Positions 18,963-28,461 of a stretch of DNA of 64,000 bases are shown here, in pieces. The position numbers and the translations under genes are program-made. The notes under the pieces were generated by a model. The model saw nothing but the letters and a program-made list of their open reading frames with translations. It ran no database searches and was not told where the DNA came from. The first letter of the stretch is position 1. Each line of letters starts with the position of its first letter. The DNA lies in contig JAQXGN010000037.1 in the NCBI GenBank assembly GCA_029006735.1, forward strand, positions 9,894 through 73,893, read 5' to 3'. Source of the stretch: Bacillales bacterium. Lineage in GTDB: Bacteria > Bacillota_I > Bacilli_A > RFN20 > CAG-449.

Positions 18963-20249
18963 ATGATGATGAATAATGAAGTTATTAATGTAATTGGTGG
19001 AGGTTTAGCAGGAGCAGAAGCAGCTTTATTTTTAACAAAAAAAGGATATAAAGTGCATCTTTATGAGCAAAAACCATTAAAAATGAGCCCAGCTCATCAT
19101 TCTTCTAATTTTGCAGAATTAGTTTGTTCAAATTCATTGAAAAGTAAAAAGATTGATAATGCTTGTGGTTTATTAAAAGAAGAAATGCGTTTATTCGATT
19201 CTATTATGATTGAAGCAGCGTTACATTCTGAAGTTCCTTCAGGAAATGCTTTATCAGTTGATAGAGAATTGTTTTCTCAATATATTACTTCTAAAATCGA
19301 ATCTAATGAAAATATTGTTATTCATCATGAAGAAGTTTGTAATTTTAAAGAAGGAATCAATATTATTGCAACTGGACCATTAACTAGTGATGGTTTATCA
19401 AAAACTTTAGTGGGTATTTTAGGGCAAGATCATCTTTTCTTTTTTGACGCTGCTGCACCTATTATTGAAAAAGATAGTATTGATATGAATATTGCTTATA
19501 GAAAATCACGTTATGATCAAGGTGATGATTCTTATATTAATTGTCCTTTCTCAAAAGAAGAATATGAGATTTTTTATCAAGAATTGATTAATGGAGAAAT
19601 TGCTTCTTTACATGATTTTGATCGTGTTTTTGAAGGATGTATGCCAATTGAAGTAATGGCAAAAAGAGGAGAAAAGACTTTAAGATTTGGGCCTTTAAAG
19701 CCTCAAGGACTAGAACATAATGGAGTAAAACCTTATGCTGTAGTACAACTTAGACAAGATAATGCTAGTGGAACTTTATATAATATTGTAGGATTCCAAA
19801 CTAATCTAACTTTTAAAGAACAAAAACGTATTTTTTCCTTAATTCCTGGCTTAAAGAACGCTTCTTTTGTTCGTTATGGGTTAATGCATAGAAATACCTT
19901 CATTTGCGCTCCTAAGCATTTAAATAGGGATTTCTCGCTAAAAGAGAATAGTAATATTTATATTGCAGGTCAATTATCTGGAGTTGAAGGATATGTGGAA
20001 TCAGCTATGTCTGGGTTATTGTGTGCAGTCTATTTAGATAGAAAACTAAAGGGAAAAGATTTTGTTCCAGTTCCTAATGAAACAATTATGGGTTCTATTA
20101 TTAATTATATTTGTACGGCTAGTGCAAAGAGTTTTGCACCAATGAATGCAAACTTCGGCATTATGATGAATTTGTTGAAAGATAAGACTTTGGTCGCAGA
20201 AAGATCATTAGCTTCTTTAAAAAAATGGATTGGAGAATATTGTGACTGA
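18963..20249 (+). CDS. trmFO: Methylenetetrahydrofolate--tRNA-(uracil54-C5)-methyltransferase TrmFO (Gid)
   Basis: VIGGGLAGAEAA FAD-binding fold and a length of about 430 aa. trmFO-xerC synteny. Three consecutive ATGs (18963, 18966, 18969) make the exact start uncertain. Confidence 0.88.
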   Translation: MMMNNEVINVIGGGLAGAEAALFLTKKGYKVHLYEQKPLKMSPAHHSSNFAELVCSNSLKSKKIDNACGLLKEEMRLFDSIMIEAALHSEVPSGNALSVDRELFSQYITSKIESNENIVIHHEEVCNFKEGINIIATGPLTSDGLSKTLVGILGQDHLFFFDAAAPIIEKDSIDMNIAYRKSRYDQGDDSYINCPFSKEEYEIFYQELINGEIASLHDFDRVFEGCMPIEVMAKRGEKTLRFGPLKPQGLEHNGVKPYAVVQLRQDNASGTLYNIVGFQTNLTFKEQKRIFSLIPGLKNASFVRYGLMHRNTFICAPKHLNRDFSLKENSNIYIAGQLSGVEGYVESAMSGLLCAVYLDRKLKGKDFVPVPNETIMGSIINYICTASAKSFAPMNANFGIMMNLLKDKTLVAERSLASLKKWIGEYCD

Positions 20250-21153
20250 TGAATTAGAAAAGTATATAGAATATCTAAGATATATTAAAAACTATTCAAA
20301 TAATACAATAGATGCTTATTTTAAAGATATAAGCAAGTTTTTACTTTTCGCGAATAATCAAGGGTATACGCTTAAAGAAATAGATTCTATTGTTATCAGA
20401 AACTTCCTAAGAAATGAGTTAACAAATAATATATCTAAGCGTTCTAATCAAAGAAGATTAGTAGCATTAAGACGATATTTTAATTGGTTAGTTGAAAATA
20501 AATATGTAAAATCTAATCCTTTTTTATTCATTTCATCTCCTAAACTAGATAAGAGATTACCTGATGTTTTATATGATAAAGAAGTTGAAGCTTTATTTAA
20601 TGAAAATAAAAAAAGAGGCGATTTTCTTGCAAAAAGAGATGAGGCAATAATTGAATTATTATATACATCTGGAATTCGTGTAAGTGAATTAGTTAACTTA
20701 ACTTTACAAAATATAAATATGCGTCAAAGAGTAATGAGAATTATCGGTAAAGGGAATAAGGAACGTGTTGTACCTTTTTCTAATTCTTGTTTAAATACTT
20801 TAAACGATTATTTAGAAGACACTAGAGTAGAAATATTAAGAAGAAATCCTCAAGCAAAGAAAACTAGTTATGTATTTTTGAATAATAAAGGGGAAAAATT
20901 AACTGCTAGAGGTGTTGAATATATTTTAACGTCAATCGAAAGAAAAACGGGTGTATTTTTAAATCTTCATCCCCATAAAATGAGACATAGTTTTGCTACT
21001 CATCTTCTTGACAAAGGCGCGGATTTAAGAACTATTCAAGAATTAATGGGACATGAATCTTTAGATACTACAACAATTTATACTCATGTTTCTTCAAAGC
21101 AAGTGATTGACACATATAAGAATGTTTTTCCACGAGCGAAGAAAGAAAAATGA
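20242..21153 (+). CDS. xerC: Tyrosine recombinase XerC/CodV
   Basis: Catalytic residues are in context: LLYTSGIRVSE (R), HKMRHSFATHLL (HxxR), and GHESLDTTTIYTHV (H..Y). The start is either TTG 20230 or GTG 20242; the latter lies 6 nt after GGAG. Confidence 0.85.
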   Translation: MTDELEKYIEYLRYIKNYSNNTIDAYFKDISKFLLFANNQGYTLKEIDSIVIRNFLRNELTNNISKRSNQRRLVALRRYFNWLVENKYVKSNPFLFISSPKLDKRLPDVLYDKEVEALFNENKKRGDFLAKRDEAIIELLYTSGIRVSELVNLTLQNINMRQRVMRIIGKGNKERVVPFSNSCLNTLNDYLEDTRVEILRRNPQAKKTSYVFLNNKGEKLTARGVEYILTSIERKTGVFLNLHPHKMRHSFATHLLDKGADLRTIQELMGHESLDTTTIYTHVSSKQVIDTYKNVFPRAKKEK

Positions 21154-21202
21154 TGGTTTTTTCTTTTTTTAGTAATTAATGTTATTAATTATTAAAATTT
21201 TC

Positions 21203-21231
21203 TTGCGAAGACTTTGTTATCGTGTTATTAT
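21203..21231 (+). promoter_or_regulatory. Sigma-A promoter with extended -10 upstream of rpsB
   Basis: TTGCGA (21203-21208), a 17-nt spacer, then TGtTATTAT (-10 at 21226-21231). It leaves a leader of about 125 nt. Confidence 0.5.
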
Positions 21232-21359
21232 TAATTGGCTCTAAAATAGAGACAACGCACTTTGTGGATTCATCGCCGAGTCTAATTTAGCCAAGGGGCA
21301 AGAAAAATTAGGGATGATGTTAGAAGCAAAGGAGGGAAAAAACAAATAGGAGGTTCACT

Positions 21360-22418
21360 ATGAGTGAAGAATTAAACGAAGCAGTTGTAACAACTGATGA
21401 AGTTATGGCAAATGTTATCCATGACGAAAATGAAGCAGTTGTATCAACAAAAAAATTATTAGAAGCAGGTTGCCATTTTGGCCACCAAACAAGAAGATGG
21501 AATCCTAAAATGGGTAAATTCATCTACGGATCAAGAAATGGTATTTACATTATTGATTTAGTAAAAACAGCACAAAAAGTACAAGAAGCATATCATGCTT
21601 TAAAGAAAATTGTTTCTGACGGCGGTAAAGTATTATTTGTCGGTACAAAACCACAAGCAAAAGATATTATCAAAGCAGAAGCAGAACGTTCAGGCTCATT
21701 CTATGTTTCAAATAGATGGTTAGGTGGTACATTAACTAACTTCAAAACTATCCAAAAAAGAATTAAATACTTAAAATCTTTAGAAGCAATGGAAGAAGAT
21801 GGAACATTCGATACTCTTACTAAGAAAGAAGTTGCAGGATTAAGAAAAGAAAAAGAAAAATTACTTGCAAACTTAGATGGTATCAAAGAAATGAGAAGAG
21901 TTCCAAATGCAGTCTTCGTTGTTGATCCAAAATTAGAACATAACGCAGTAAGTGAAGCAAAGAAATTAAATATTCCAGTATTTGGTATTATTGATACAAA
22001 TGCTGACCCAGATGAAGTTGACTATGCAATTCCTGCAAATGACGATGCAGTAAAAGCAATCTCATTAATTACAGGTATCTTAGCAGATGCAGTTGTTGAA
22101 GCAAAAGGCGGACAAACAAGTGTTGCATATGGTGTCCAACCAGAAGAAGAAGTTTCAATGGTTGATGCATTAAATTCATTTGATAAAGCAGAAGAATTAA
22201 AATTAATCAAAGCAAAGAAAATTGAAGATGCAATTGCTTCAAAAAACTCATCAAATAAAAAACCAGTAAAAAAAGTTGCTCCAAAAGCACCTAAAGCAAC
22301 TCCAGCACCAGCAGCAGAAGCTCCAGCAGCAGAAGCTCCAGTAGCTGAAGAAAAACCAGCTGCAAAGAAAGCTCCAAGAGCAAAAAAACCAGCAGCAACA
22401 GAAGAAAAAGCTGCATAA
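21360..22418 (+). CDS. rpsB: 30S ribosomal protein S2, extended at both termini (352 aa)
   Basis: [19 protein letters not shown] core, with strong AGGAGG 6 nt before the ATG at 21360. The C-terminal tail is rich in Ala, Pro and Lys. Confidence 0.93.
   Translation: MSEELNEAVVTTDEVMANVIHDENEAVVSTKKLLEAGCHFGHQTRRWNPKMGKFIYGSRNGIYIIDLVKTAQKVQEAYHALKKIVSDGGKVLFVGTKPQAKDIIKAEAERSGSFYVSNRWLGGTLTNFKTIQKRIKYLKSLEAMEEDGTFDTLTKKEVAGLRKEKEKLLANLDGIKEMRRVPNAVFVVDPKLEHNAVSEAKKLNIPVFGIIDTNADPDEVDYAIPANDDAVKAISLITGILADAVVEAKGGQTSVAYGVQPEEEVSMVDALNSFDKAEELKLIKAKKIEDAIASKNSSNKKPVKKVAPKAPKATPAPAAEAPAAEAPVAEEKPAAKKAPRAKKPAATEEKAA
21375..21448 (+). repeat. Diverged direct repeat inside the rpsB 5' end (18/20 nt identical, 54-nt period)
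   Basis: aacgaagcagttgtaacaac (21375-21394) versus aatgaagcagttgtatcaac (21429-21448). They encode NEAVVTT and NEAVVST. Confidence 0.8.
22311..22340 (+). repeat. Perfect 15-nt x2 tandem repeat in the rpsB tail
   Basis: gcagcagaagctcca occurs twice in tandem, encoding [11 protein letters not shown] diverged third unit follows. Confidence 0.85.
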
Positions 22419-22436
22419 TTTAAGGAGAAAAATACA

Positions 22437-23300
22437 ATGGCTTCAAATTTAATCGAATTAATCAAAATCTTAAGAGATCGTACAGGCGCAGGTATGATGG
22501 ATTGCAAAGCAGCATTACTTGCTTGTGATTCAGATGTTGAAAAAGCATGTGAATGGTTAAGAGAAAAAGGTATTGCTAAAGCAGCAAAGAAATCATCTCG
22601 TATCGCAGCAGAAGGCTTAACTTGTGTTGTTGCAAAAGGTGATACAGCTGTTATCTTAGAAGTTAACTCAGAAACAGACTTTGTTGCAAAGAGTGATGAC
22701 TTCAAAGCATTAGTTAATAATGTTGCTGACATTCTTTTAGAAAAGAAACCAGGCTGCGTTAATTGTGCAAAAGAAGCTACACAAGAATTATTCACAAATG
22801 CTACAGTTAAGATTGGTGAAAAATTAGACTTAAGAAGATTTGAAATCGTTACAAAAAATGATTCACAAACATTCGGAACATATATCCATATGGGTGGAAA
22901 AATTTCTGTATTAGCATTATTAGACAATGCTACTAATGAATTAGCAAAAGGCATTGCTATGTCAATTGCTGCAAATAACCCTACATATATTGCAAAAGAA
23001 GATATTCCAGCTGAAATCGTTGCAAAAGAAACAGCAGTTCAAATGGAAGCAGCAAAGAATGATCCAAAATTACAAGGTAAACCAGAACAAGCTCTTGTTA
23101 AAATCGTTGAAGGAAAAGTTAATAAATATTTAAGTGATTCAGTTTTATTAGCTCAAGAATATTTATTAGATCCATCACAAAAAGTTGCTAATGTTTTAGG
23201 AAATGCAAAAGTTGTTAAATTTGTCCGTTACCAAGTTGGTGAAGGCCTTCAAAAACGTGAAGAAAACTTTGCAGAAGAAGTTGCAAAACAAATGAACTAA
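22437..23300 (+). CDS. tsf: Elongation factor Ts
   Basis: LRDRTGAGMMDCKAAL N-terminal UBA-like motif, within the rpsB-tsf-pyrH-frr synteny block. Confidence 0.95.
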   Translation: MASNLIELIKILRDRTGAGMMDCKAALLACDSDVEKACEWLREKGIAKAAKKSSRIAAEGLTCVVAKGDTAVILEVNSETDFVAKSDDFKALVNNVADILLEKKPGCVNCAKEATQELFTNATVKIGEKLDLRRFEIVTKNDSQTFGTYIHMGGKISVLALLDNATNELAKGIAMSIAANNPTYIAKEDIPAEIVAKETAVQMEAAKNDPKLQGKPEQALVKIVEGKVNKYLSDSVLLAQEYLLDPSQKVANVLGNAKVVKFVRYQVGEGLQKREENFAEEVAKQMN

Positions 23301-23305
23301 TTAAG

Positions 23306-23331
23306 AAGCACTCTTTTTCGAGTGCTTTTTT
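23306..23331 (+). terminator. Intrinsic terminator after tsf
   Basis: Stem aagcactc / gagtgctt followed by a T-run. Confidence 0.75.
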
Positions 23332-23350
23332 CTAAAAAAGGAGAATAGAA

Positions 23351-24076
23351 ATGAATAATAAATACAAAAGAGTTCTTCTTAAATTATCTGGAGAAGCATT
23401 AGCAGATAAAGAAAATGGTGACATTTTTGATGCAGCTAATTTAAGATATGTCGCTAATGCTGTCAAATCAATGCATGATCGTGGAGTTGAGATTGCTATT
23501 GTTGTTGGCGGAGGTAATATTTGGAGAGGTAAGCTAGCTCAAACAATCGGAGTTGAAAGATCTACAGCAGATTATATGGGAATGCTAGGTACTTTAATTA
23601 ATGCATTAGCAGTTCAATCGGCTTTAGAACAAGTAGGGTTAGATTCAAGAGTTATGTCTGCTTTAGAATCAAAGCAAGTAGCAGAACCTTATATTCGTAG
23701 AAAAGCAATTCGTCATTTAGAAAAAGGAAGAGTTGTTATCTTTGGAGGAGGAACTGGTAACCCATATTTCACTACAGATACTACTGCTTCATTAAGAGCA
23801 AATGATGTCGGATGTGATGCGATTTTAATGGCAAAAAATGGTGTTGATGGAGTATATTCAGCTGATCCTAAAGTTGATCCAAAGGCAGAATTTATTAGTC
23901 ATCTTACATATAATGAAATGTTAGAACGTGATTTAAAAGTCATGGATAGAACAGCAGTATCCTTATGCATGGATACACCAATTGAAATTAGAGTTTTTAA
24001 TATGAATGATACATCTAATTTTATTAAGATATTAGATGGTGAAGATATTGGAACAACAATTAAAGGAGAAAAATAG
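23351..24076 (+). CDS. pyrH: UMP kinase
   Basis: [12 protein letters not shown] and GGGNIWRG motifs. Confidence 0.95.
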   Translation: MNNKYKRVLLKLSGEALADKENGDIFDAANLRYVANAVKSMHDRGVEIAIVVGGGNIWRGKLAQTIGVERSTADYMGMLGTLINALAVQSALEQVGLDSRVMSALESKQVAEPYIRRKAIRHLEKGRVVIFGGGTGNPYFTTDTTASLRANDVGCDAILMAKNGVDGVYSADPKVDPKAEFISHLTYNEMLERDLKVMDRTAVSLCMDTPIEIRVFNMNDTSNFIKILDGEDIGTTIKGEK

Positions 24077-24077
24077 T

Positions 24078-24620
24078 ATGGAAGAAGAATTAGAACTTTG
24101 TAAAGAAGATATGGAGAGAAATCTTGCTAACTTAAGAAACAATTTCTCAACATTAAGAACAGGTAGAGCAAGTGCAAGAATGTTAGATAGTGTTGAAGTA
24201 GAATACTATGGTGATAGAATTAGTTTGATTTCTATCGCATCAGTTTCTGTTCCAGAAGCAAGACAATTATTAGTTAAGCCATATGATAGAAATGATATTA
24301 AAGCAATTATTGCTGGTATTAATGCTGCAAATCTTGGTTTAACTCCAATTAATGATGGAAATGTAATTCGTTTAAATATTCCTGCATTAACTGAAGAAAG
24401 ACGTAGAGAAATTGCTAAAACTGCTAAGAAATATGCAGAAGAAGGCAAAATTGCAATGCGTAATGCAAGAAGAGATTGCTTAGATATGATTAAAGAAGCA
24501 GAATATCCAGAAGATATGCAAAAGAAACTTGAAGCAGATGTTCAAAAATTAACTGATGAATATTGCAAAAAGGTTGATGAAGAATATTCAGTAAAAGAAA
24601 AAGATATCATGACTATTTAA
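24078..24620 (+). CDS. frr: Ribosome recycling factor
   Basis: LRTGRASARMLDSVEVEYYG. AGGAGA lies 9 nt before the ATG at 24078. The longer supplied ORF overlaps pyrH and is unlikely. Confidence 0.92.
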   Translation: MEEELELCKEDMERNLANLRNNFSTLRTGRASARMLDSVEVEYYGDRISLISIASVSVPEARQLLVKPYDRNDIKAIIAGINAANLGLTPINDGNVIRLNIPALTEERRREIAKTAKKYAEEGKIAMRNARRDCLDMIKEAEYPEDMQKKLEADVQKLTDEYCKKVDEEYSVKEKDIMTI

Positions 24621-24673
24621 TTTTATAAATAAGGGATATTTTCTAGAAAAACTAGATAGATATAGTTTTTAAT

Positions 24674-24745
24674 AGACAAAAGTGGGGTAGTTTATAATAA
24701 AATAATTATTAAACATATACTGCTTTTGTCTTTTTTTATTTTTTA
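24674..24745 (+). terminator. Long-loop hairpin plus T-tract after frr
   Basis: Stem agacaaaag (24674-24682) / cttttgtct (24723-24731) followed by T7. The loop is 40 nt and AT-rich. Confidence 0.4.
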
Positions 24746-24785
24746 TTATCAAGTATAATAAAAAAATAAGTGAAAGGATTATGAT

Positions 24786-25832
24786 ATGACAAATAATGGT
24801 ATTCAAGTAAACAAAATAAATGAAAAAACAAAGAAATCATTTGTAGTTAGACTAATAACTGCTTTAGCAATTATAGTTGTTGGCGTTCCTTGCTTAGTAC
24901 TTGGCGATTGGTTCTTCTTTTCTCTTATAGCGATTGTATCTGTTTTTGCAACATATGAGTTTATTCATGTATTGCATAAAAAGAAACATCCTAAATGGAT
25001 TGATGTTCTCACTTTTGTCATGACTATTTCTTTTATTTATTGGCTTCCATTTAAAGGGATTTTAGTTAATTTGTTTTCTTCTTCAACTAGTCCTGGTGTA
25101 ATTGTTGATGGTTTAGGAATATCTACAGCCGGATTCAATATTACTAATGGTATTTTTTCCATGACTGATATTGGTGTTTCTACTTTAGGATTCGCGGTAT
25201 TAGCGTTTGGCTTATTTTTAGGTAGTATGCTTACTTCTTCTTTTGATGTTAGTGATGTTTGTTATTATTTCACAATGTCATTATTTTTATCATTATCAGT
25301 TCAATCATTTTATTTCTTAAGATATTCTCCAAATGCTTTAGCGGATGCATATAATGGTAATAAATATTTATCAGTTTTCCTTTTCTTATATGTAGTAGTT
25401 GGATCTTTTGGCTCTGATATTGGTGCATATATTATCGGTATTTTATTTGGAAAACATAAAGTTAATCCTCGTATTTCTCCAAATAAAACATGGGAAGGTT
25501 TCTTTGGAGGAGTCATCATTAGTTTTGTCTTGTCTTTTGTTTTAGGCATGTGTTTATGTGGAAATGGAATTCCTCTTCTTGATGGTATTTTAGATTTAAA
25601 TCATTGGTATTTAATATTATTGTTTTCATTAATAATGCCTATTGTATCCGTTTTAGGAGATTTTATTTTTTCTACAATTAAACGTTATTATAACATTAAA
25701 GATTTTTCTAAGGCTTTACCTGGACATGGTGGGATATTAGATAGAATTGATTCTTTATTAGTAACAAGCTTAACCGTTACAATTTTTATTCTATCAATTA
25801 ATCTTGCTCTTCAAATTATTAGTAATATCTAG
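24786..25832 (+). CDS. cdsA: Phosphatidate cytidylyltransferase (CDP-diglyceride synthase), long form
   Basis: C-terminal signature STIKRYYNIKDFSKALPGHGGILDRIDS, and a polytopic membrane profile. Confidence 0.88.
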   Translation: MTNNGIQVNKINEKTKKSFVVRLITALAIIVVGVPCLVLGDWFFFSLIAIVSVFATYEFIHVLHKKKHPKWIDVLTFVMTISFIYWLPFKGILVNLFSSSTSPGVIVDGLGISTAGFNITNGIFSMTDIGVSTLGFAVLAFGLFLGSMLTSSFDVSDVCYYFTMSLFLSLSVQSFYFLRYSPNALADAYNGNKYLSVFLFLYVVVGSFGSDIGAYIIGILFGKHKVNPRISPNKTWEGFFGGVIISFVLSFVLGMCLCGNGIPLLDGILDLNHWYLILLFSLIMPIVSVLGDFIFSTIKRYYNIKDFSKALPGHGGILDRIDSLLVTSLTVTIFILSINLALQIISNI

Positions 25833-25841
25833 GAGAAAACC

Positions 25842-26990
25842 ATGAAAAGGATATGTTTATTAGGAGCGACTGGCTCAATCGGTAGGCAAACAATCGATAT
25901 TATTAAGAATAATCCGGGTGATTTTGTTTTAGTCGGTGTAACTTGTGGGAAAAATATTGAAGAATTAAATAAAATTCTAACTGAATTTCCTTCTATTGAA
26001 TGTTATTCAATTCAAGATGAAGAAAACTTTGTTAAGGTTAATTCTTCTAAAAAAGGTTATTGTAATAATCAAGGTATCTTAAAAGTAATTGAAAATTCAA
26101 AACCAGATTTAGTTGTTAATGCTTTAGTTGGTTTTGTTGGATTTGTTCCAAGTGTATTTACTTTAGAAAATAAGATTGATTTAGCCCTTGCAAATAAAGA
26201 AACATTAGTTGTTGGAGGAGAAATAATTAAATCTTGTTTAAAAAAGAACAAAGCACATCTTTATCCAATTGATAGTGAGCATGTTGCATTAGCAAAATGT
26301 CTTCAAGGAAAAAAGAAAAAAGATATTAAACGATTAATCTTAACTGCCTCAGGAGGAAGTTTTAGAAATTTAACTCGCGATGAATTAAAAGGAGTTACTG
26401 TTGAAGAGGCATTAAAACATCCATCTTGGTCAATGGGCAATAAAATTACGATTGATTCTGCGACAATGATGAATAAAGGATTTGAACTTATTGAAGCAAA
26501 ATATTTATTTGATTTTGAAATCGATAATATTTCAATTTTATTACATGATGAATCAATTATTCACTCATTAGTAGAATTTAATGATCATTCCTTTTTAGCA
26601 GATATTGGTCCTGCGGATATGCGAATTCCAATTTCTTATGCTTTATATGGTAAAAATAGACATGAAGGGGAATATAAATCTTTAGATTTAGAGAATATTT
26701 CATCTCTTCATTTCCGTAAATTTGATGTTAAGCGATATCCATGCGTTAGCTATGCATATAAAGCAATTAATATTGGAGGAAGTTTACCTTGCGTATTAAA
26801 TGCGAGTAATGAAGAAGCAGTATATGCTTTCTTAAATCATCAAATTTCATTTTTAGAAATTGAAGAGATTATTGAAATGATGTTATCTACACATAGAGTA
26901 ATAGACTGCCCAAGTGTAGAAGATTTAGTTTATGTTGATTCTCTTACTAGAAAACTAGTAAAAGAGGAGATTGAAAGGAGAAAACAATGA
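25842..26990 (+). CDS. dxr: 1-deoxy-D-xylulose 5-phosphate reductoisomerase
   Basis: LLGATGSIGRQT NADPH-binding motif, PIDSEH, HPSWSMG, and MNKGFELIEA. Confidence 0.93.
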   Translation: MKRICLLGATGSIGRQTIDIIKNNPGDFVLVGVTCGKNIEELNKILTEFPSIECYSIQDEENFVKVNSSKKGYCNNQGILKVIENSKPDLVVNALVGFVGFVPSVFTLENKIDLALANKETLVVGGEIIKSCLKKNKAHLYPIDSEHVALAKCLQGKKKKDIKRLILTASGGSFRNLTRDELKGVTVEEALKHPSWSMGNKITIDSATMMNKGFELIEAKYLFDFEIDNISILLHDESIIHSLVEFNDHSFLADIGPADMRIPISYALYGKNRHEGEYKSLDLENISSLHFRKFDVKRYPCVSYAYKAINIGGSLPCVLNASNEEAVYAFLNHQISFLEIEEIIEMMLSTHRVIDCPSVEDLVYVDSLTRKLVKEEIERRKQ

Positions 26991-28438
26991 GTATTATTTT
27001 AAATATAATTTATTTTTTATTAGGACTAACTGTGTTAGTAAGTATTCATGAAGCAGGTCATTTATCAATGGCTAAATTATTCGATGTTTATTGTGATGAG
27101 TATTCGATAGGTTTTGGTCCTGCTATTTTTACTATTAAACCAAAGGGAATGAACGTAAAAAAGAATAGACCAAAAGAAACAAAATTTTCTTTACGTTGTA
27201 TTCCTTTAGGTGGATTTGTTTCTATGGCAGGAGAAGGTTTAGAAGATGTTGAACAATTATCGAATATTCCTGCGAATAGATTTTTATCTGGTGTAAAGAA
27301 ATGGCAAAGAGCGATTATTATGCTTGCAGGTGTTGTTTTAAATGCAATTCTTGGCTTAGTATTATTGATTTGCGCTTATTCAATAAATACAACTGCAGAT
27401 TATCGTAAAGATTCATTTAAAGTTCAAGAAAATTTATCTTATGTTGATTCTAATAATGAAAAGCATGAATACACTTCTAAATTATTAGAAGGCGAAGTAA
27501 TCATTGATAGTGATACAAGCATTAAGAATATCGTTGTTTCTTATACGGGAGCAATTAAATCGGAATTAGAAAATACACAAGTCGCGATTACTCTTGTTGA
27601 TGAAAAAGAAGTATACTTTGTACCAATCAAAAATGATGATGGTACATATAAAACTATTGAAAAGAAAAATAAAAAGACAGGTGAAATCTATGTCTATTAT
27701 GTTGGTAATGATTTATTAGGAAATCAAGTCACATATTTAAATGATGATGTAGTTAAAGAAGGTAGTAGTTTAAAGATTGTTTCTTTACCATCTTCTTATT
27801 CTTATGATATTGTTCCAGGAACATTAGATACATATGGAGGAACTCCAGAGTTTATGAATCAACAAGGAAATAGTTTTTCTCCTATGGCTATTGGTGATAC
27901 CAAGACTTATAAATTTACATTATTAGATGGAAGAGTAAAAGAAATCACAGTCAATGCTTATTCAAAAACAAAAGTTGAAAATAATGGTGAAGTAAAAGAA
28001 ACATTTGCATGGGAACTTGTTGGAATTAGTTTACATGGACGTCATTTTACTTTCGGTGAAGTAATGAGCAATTCCGTTAAAACATTTGGCCAATATTCAA
28101 TTGCGATTTATTCTGCACTATCAAAAATCTTTACCAAAGAAGGATTTTCTTCTTTAGGAGGACCAATTGCAATTGTTCAACAACAAATGACTTTTGTTGA
28201 TTTAGGATTCGGTTATTATTTATTATTCTGGGGCTTAATTTCTATTAACTTAGCTGTTATTAATTTATTACCTTTCCCAGGCTTAGATGGTTGGCATTTC
28301 TTAGTATTATGTGTTGAAGGTATTACTAAAAAAGAAATTAATCCAAAAGTAAAATCTATTATGTCAACAATTGGAATGATTTTATTATTTGGATTAATGT
28401 TTGTGATTACGATAAAGGATATTGTGGGGCTATTTTAA
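26987..28438 (+). CDS. rseP: Site-2 (M50) intramembrane zinc metalloprotease RseP/RasP
   Basis: HEAGH near the N-terminus and NLLPFPGLDG near the C-terminus, in the cdsA-dxr-rseP-polC synteny block. Confidence 0.88.
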   Translation: MSIILNIIYFLLGLTVLVSIHEAGHLSMAKLFDVYCDEYSIGFGPAIFTIKPKGMNVKKNRPKETKFSLRCIPLGGFVSMAGEGLEDVEQLSNIPANRFLSGVKKWQRAIIMLAGVVLNAILGLVLLICAYSINTTADYRKDSFKVQENLSYVDSNNEKHEYTSKLLEGEVIIDSDTSIKNIVVSYTGAIKSELENTQVAITLVDEKEVYFVPIKNDDGTYKTIEKKNKKTGEIYVYYVGNDLLGNQVTYLNDDVVKEGSSLKIVSLPSSYSYDIVPGTLDTYGGTPEFMNQQGNSFSPMAIGDTKTYKFTLLDGRVKEITVNAYSKTKVENNGEVKETFAWELVGISLHGRHFTFGEVMSNSVKTFGQYSIAIYSALSKIFTKEGFSSLGGPIAIVQQQMTFVDLGFGYYLLFWGLISINLAVINLLPFPGLDGWHFLVLCVEGITKKEINPKVKSIMSTIGMILLFGLMFVITIKDIVGLF

Positions 28439-28461
28439 AAATAATTAGATTGGAGTAGATT

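Noticed and set aside
20230-21153. Tyrosine recombinase as a marker of an integrated mobile element
   Set aside because: It sits in the housekeeping trmFO-xerC (gid-codV) arrangement. There are no flanking phage or plasmid genes or att-like direct repeats, and composition is uniform. I interpret it as chromosomal XerC.
22022-22954. 310-aa ORF on the minus strand spanning the rpsB 3' end and half of tsf
   Set aside because: It is antisense to two unmistakable, highly conserved genes. The product is low-complexity (Ala/Ser/Phe-rich). It arises because the GCA/GAA/AAA/GCT-biased sense codons leave the reverse frame free of stops.
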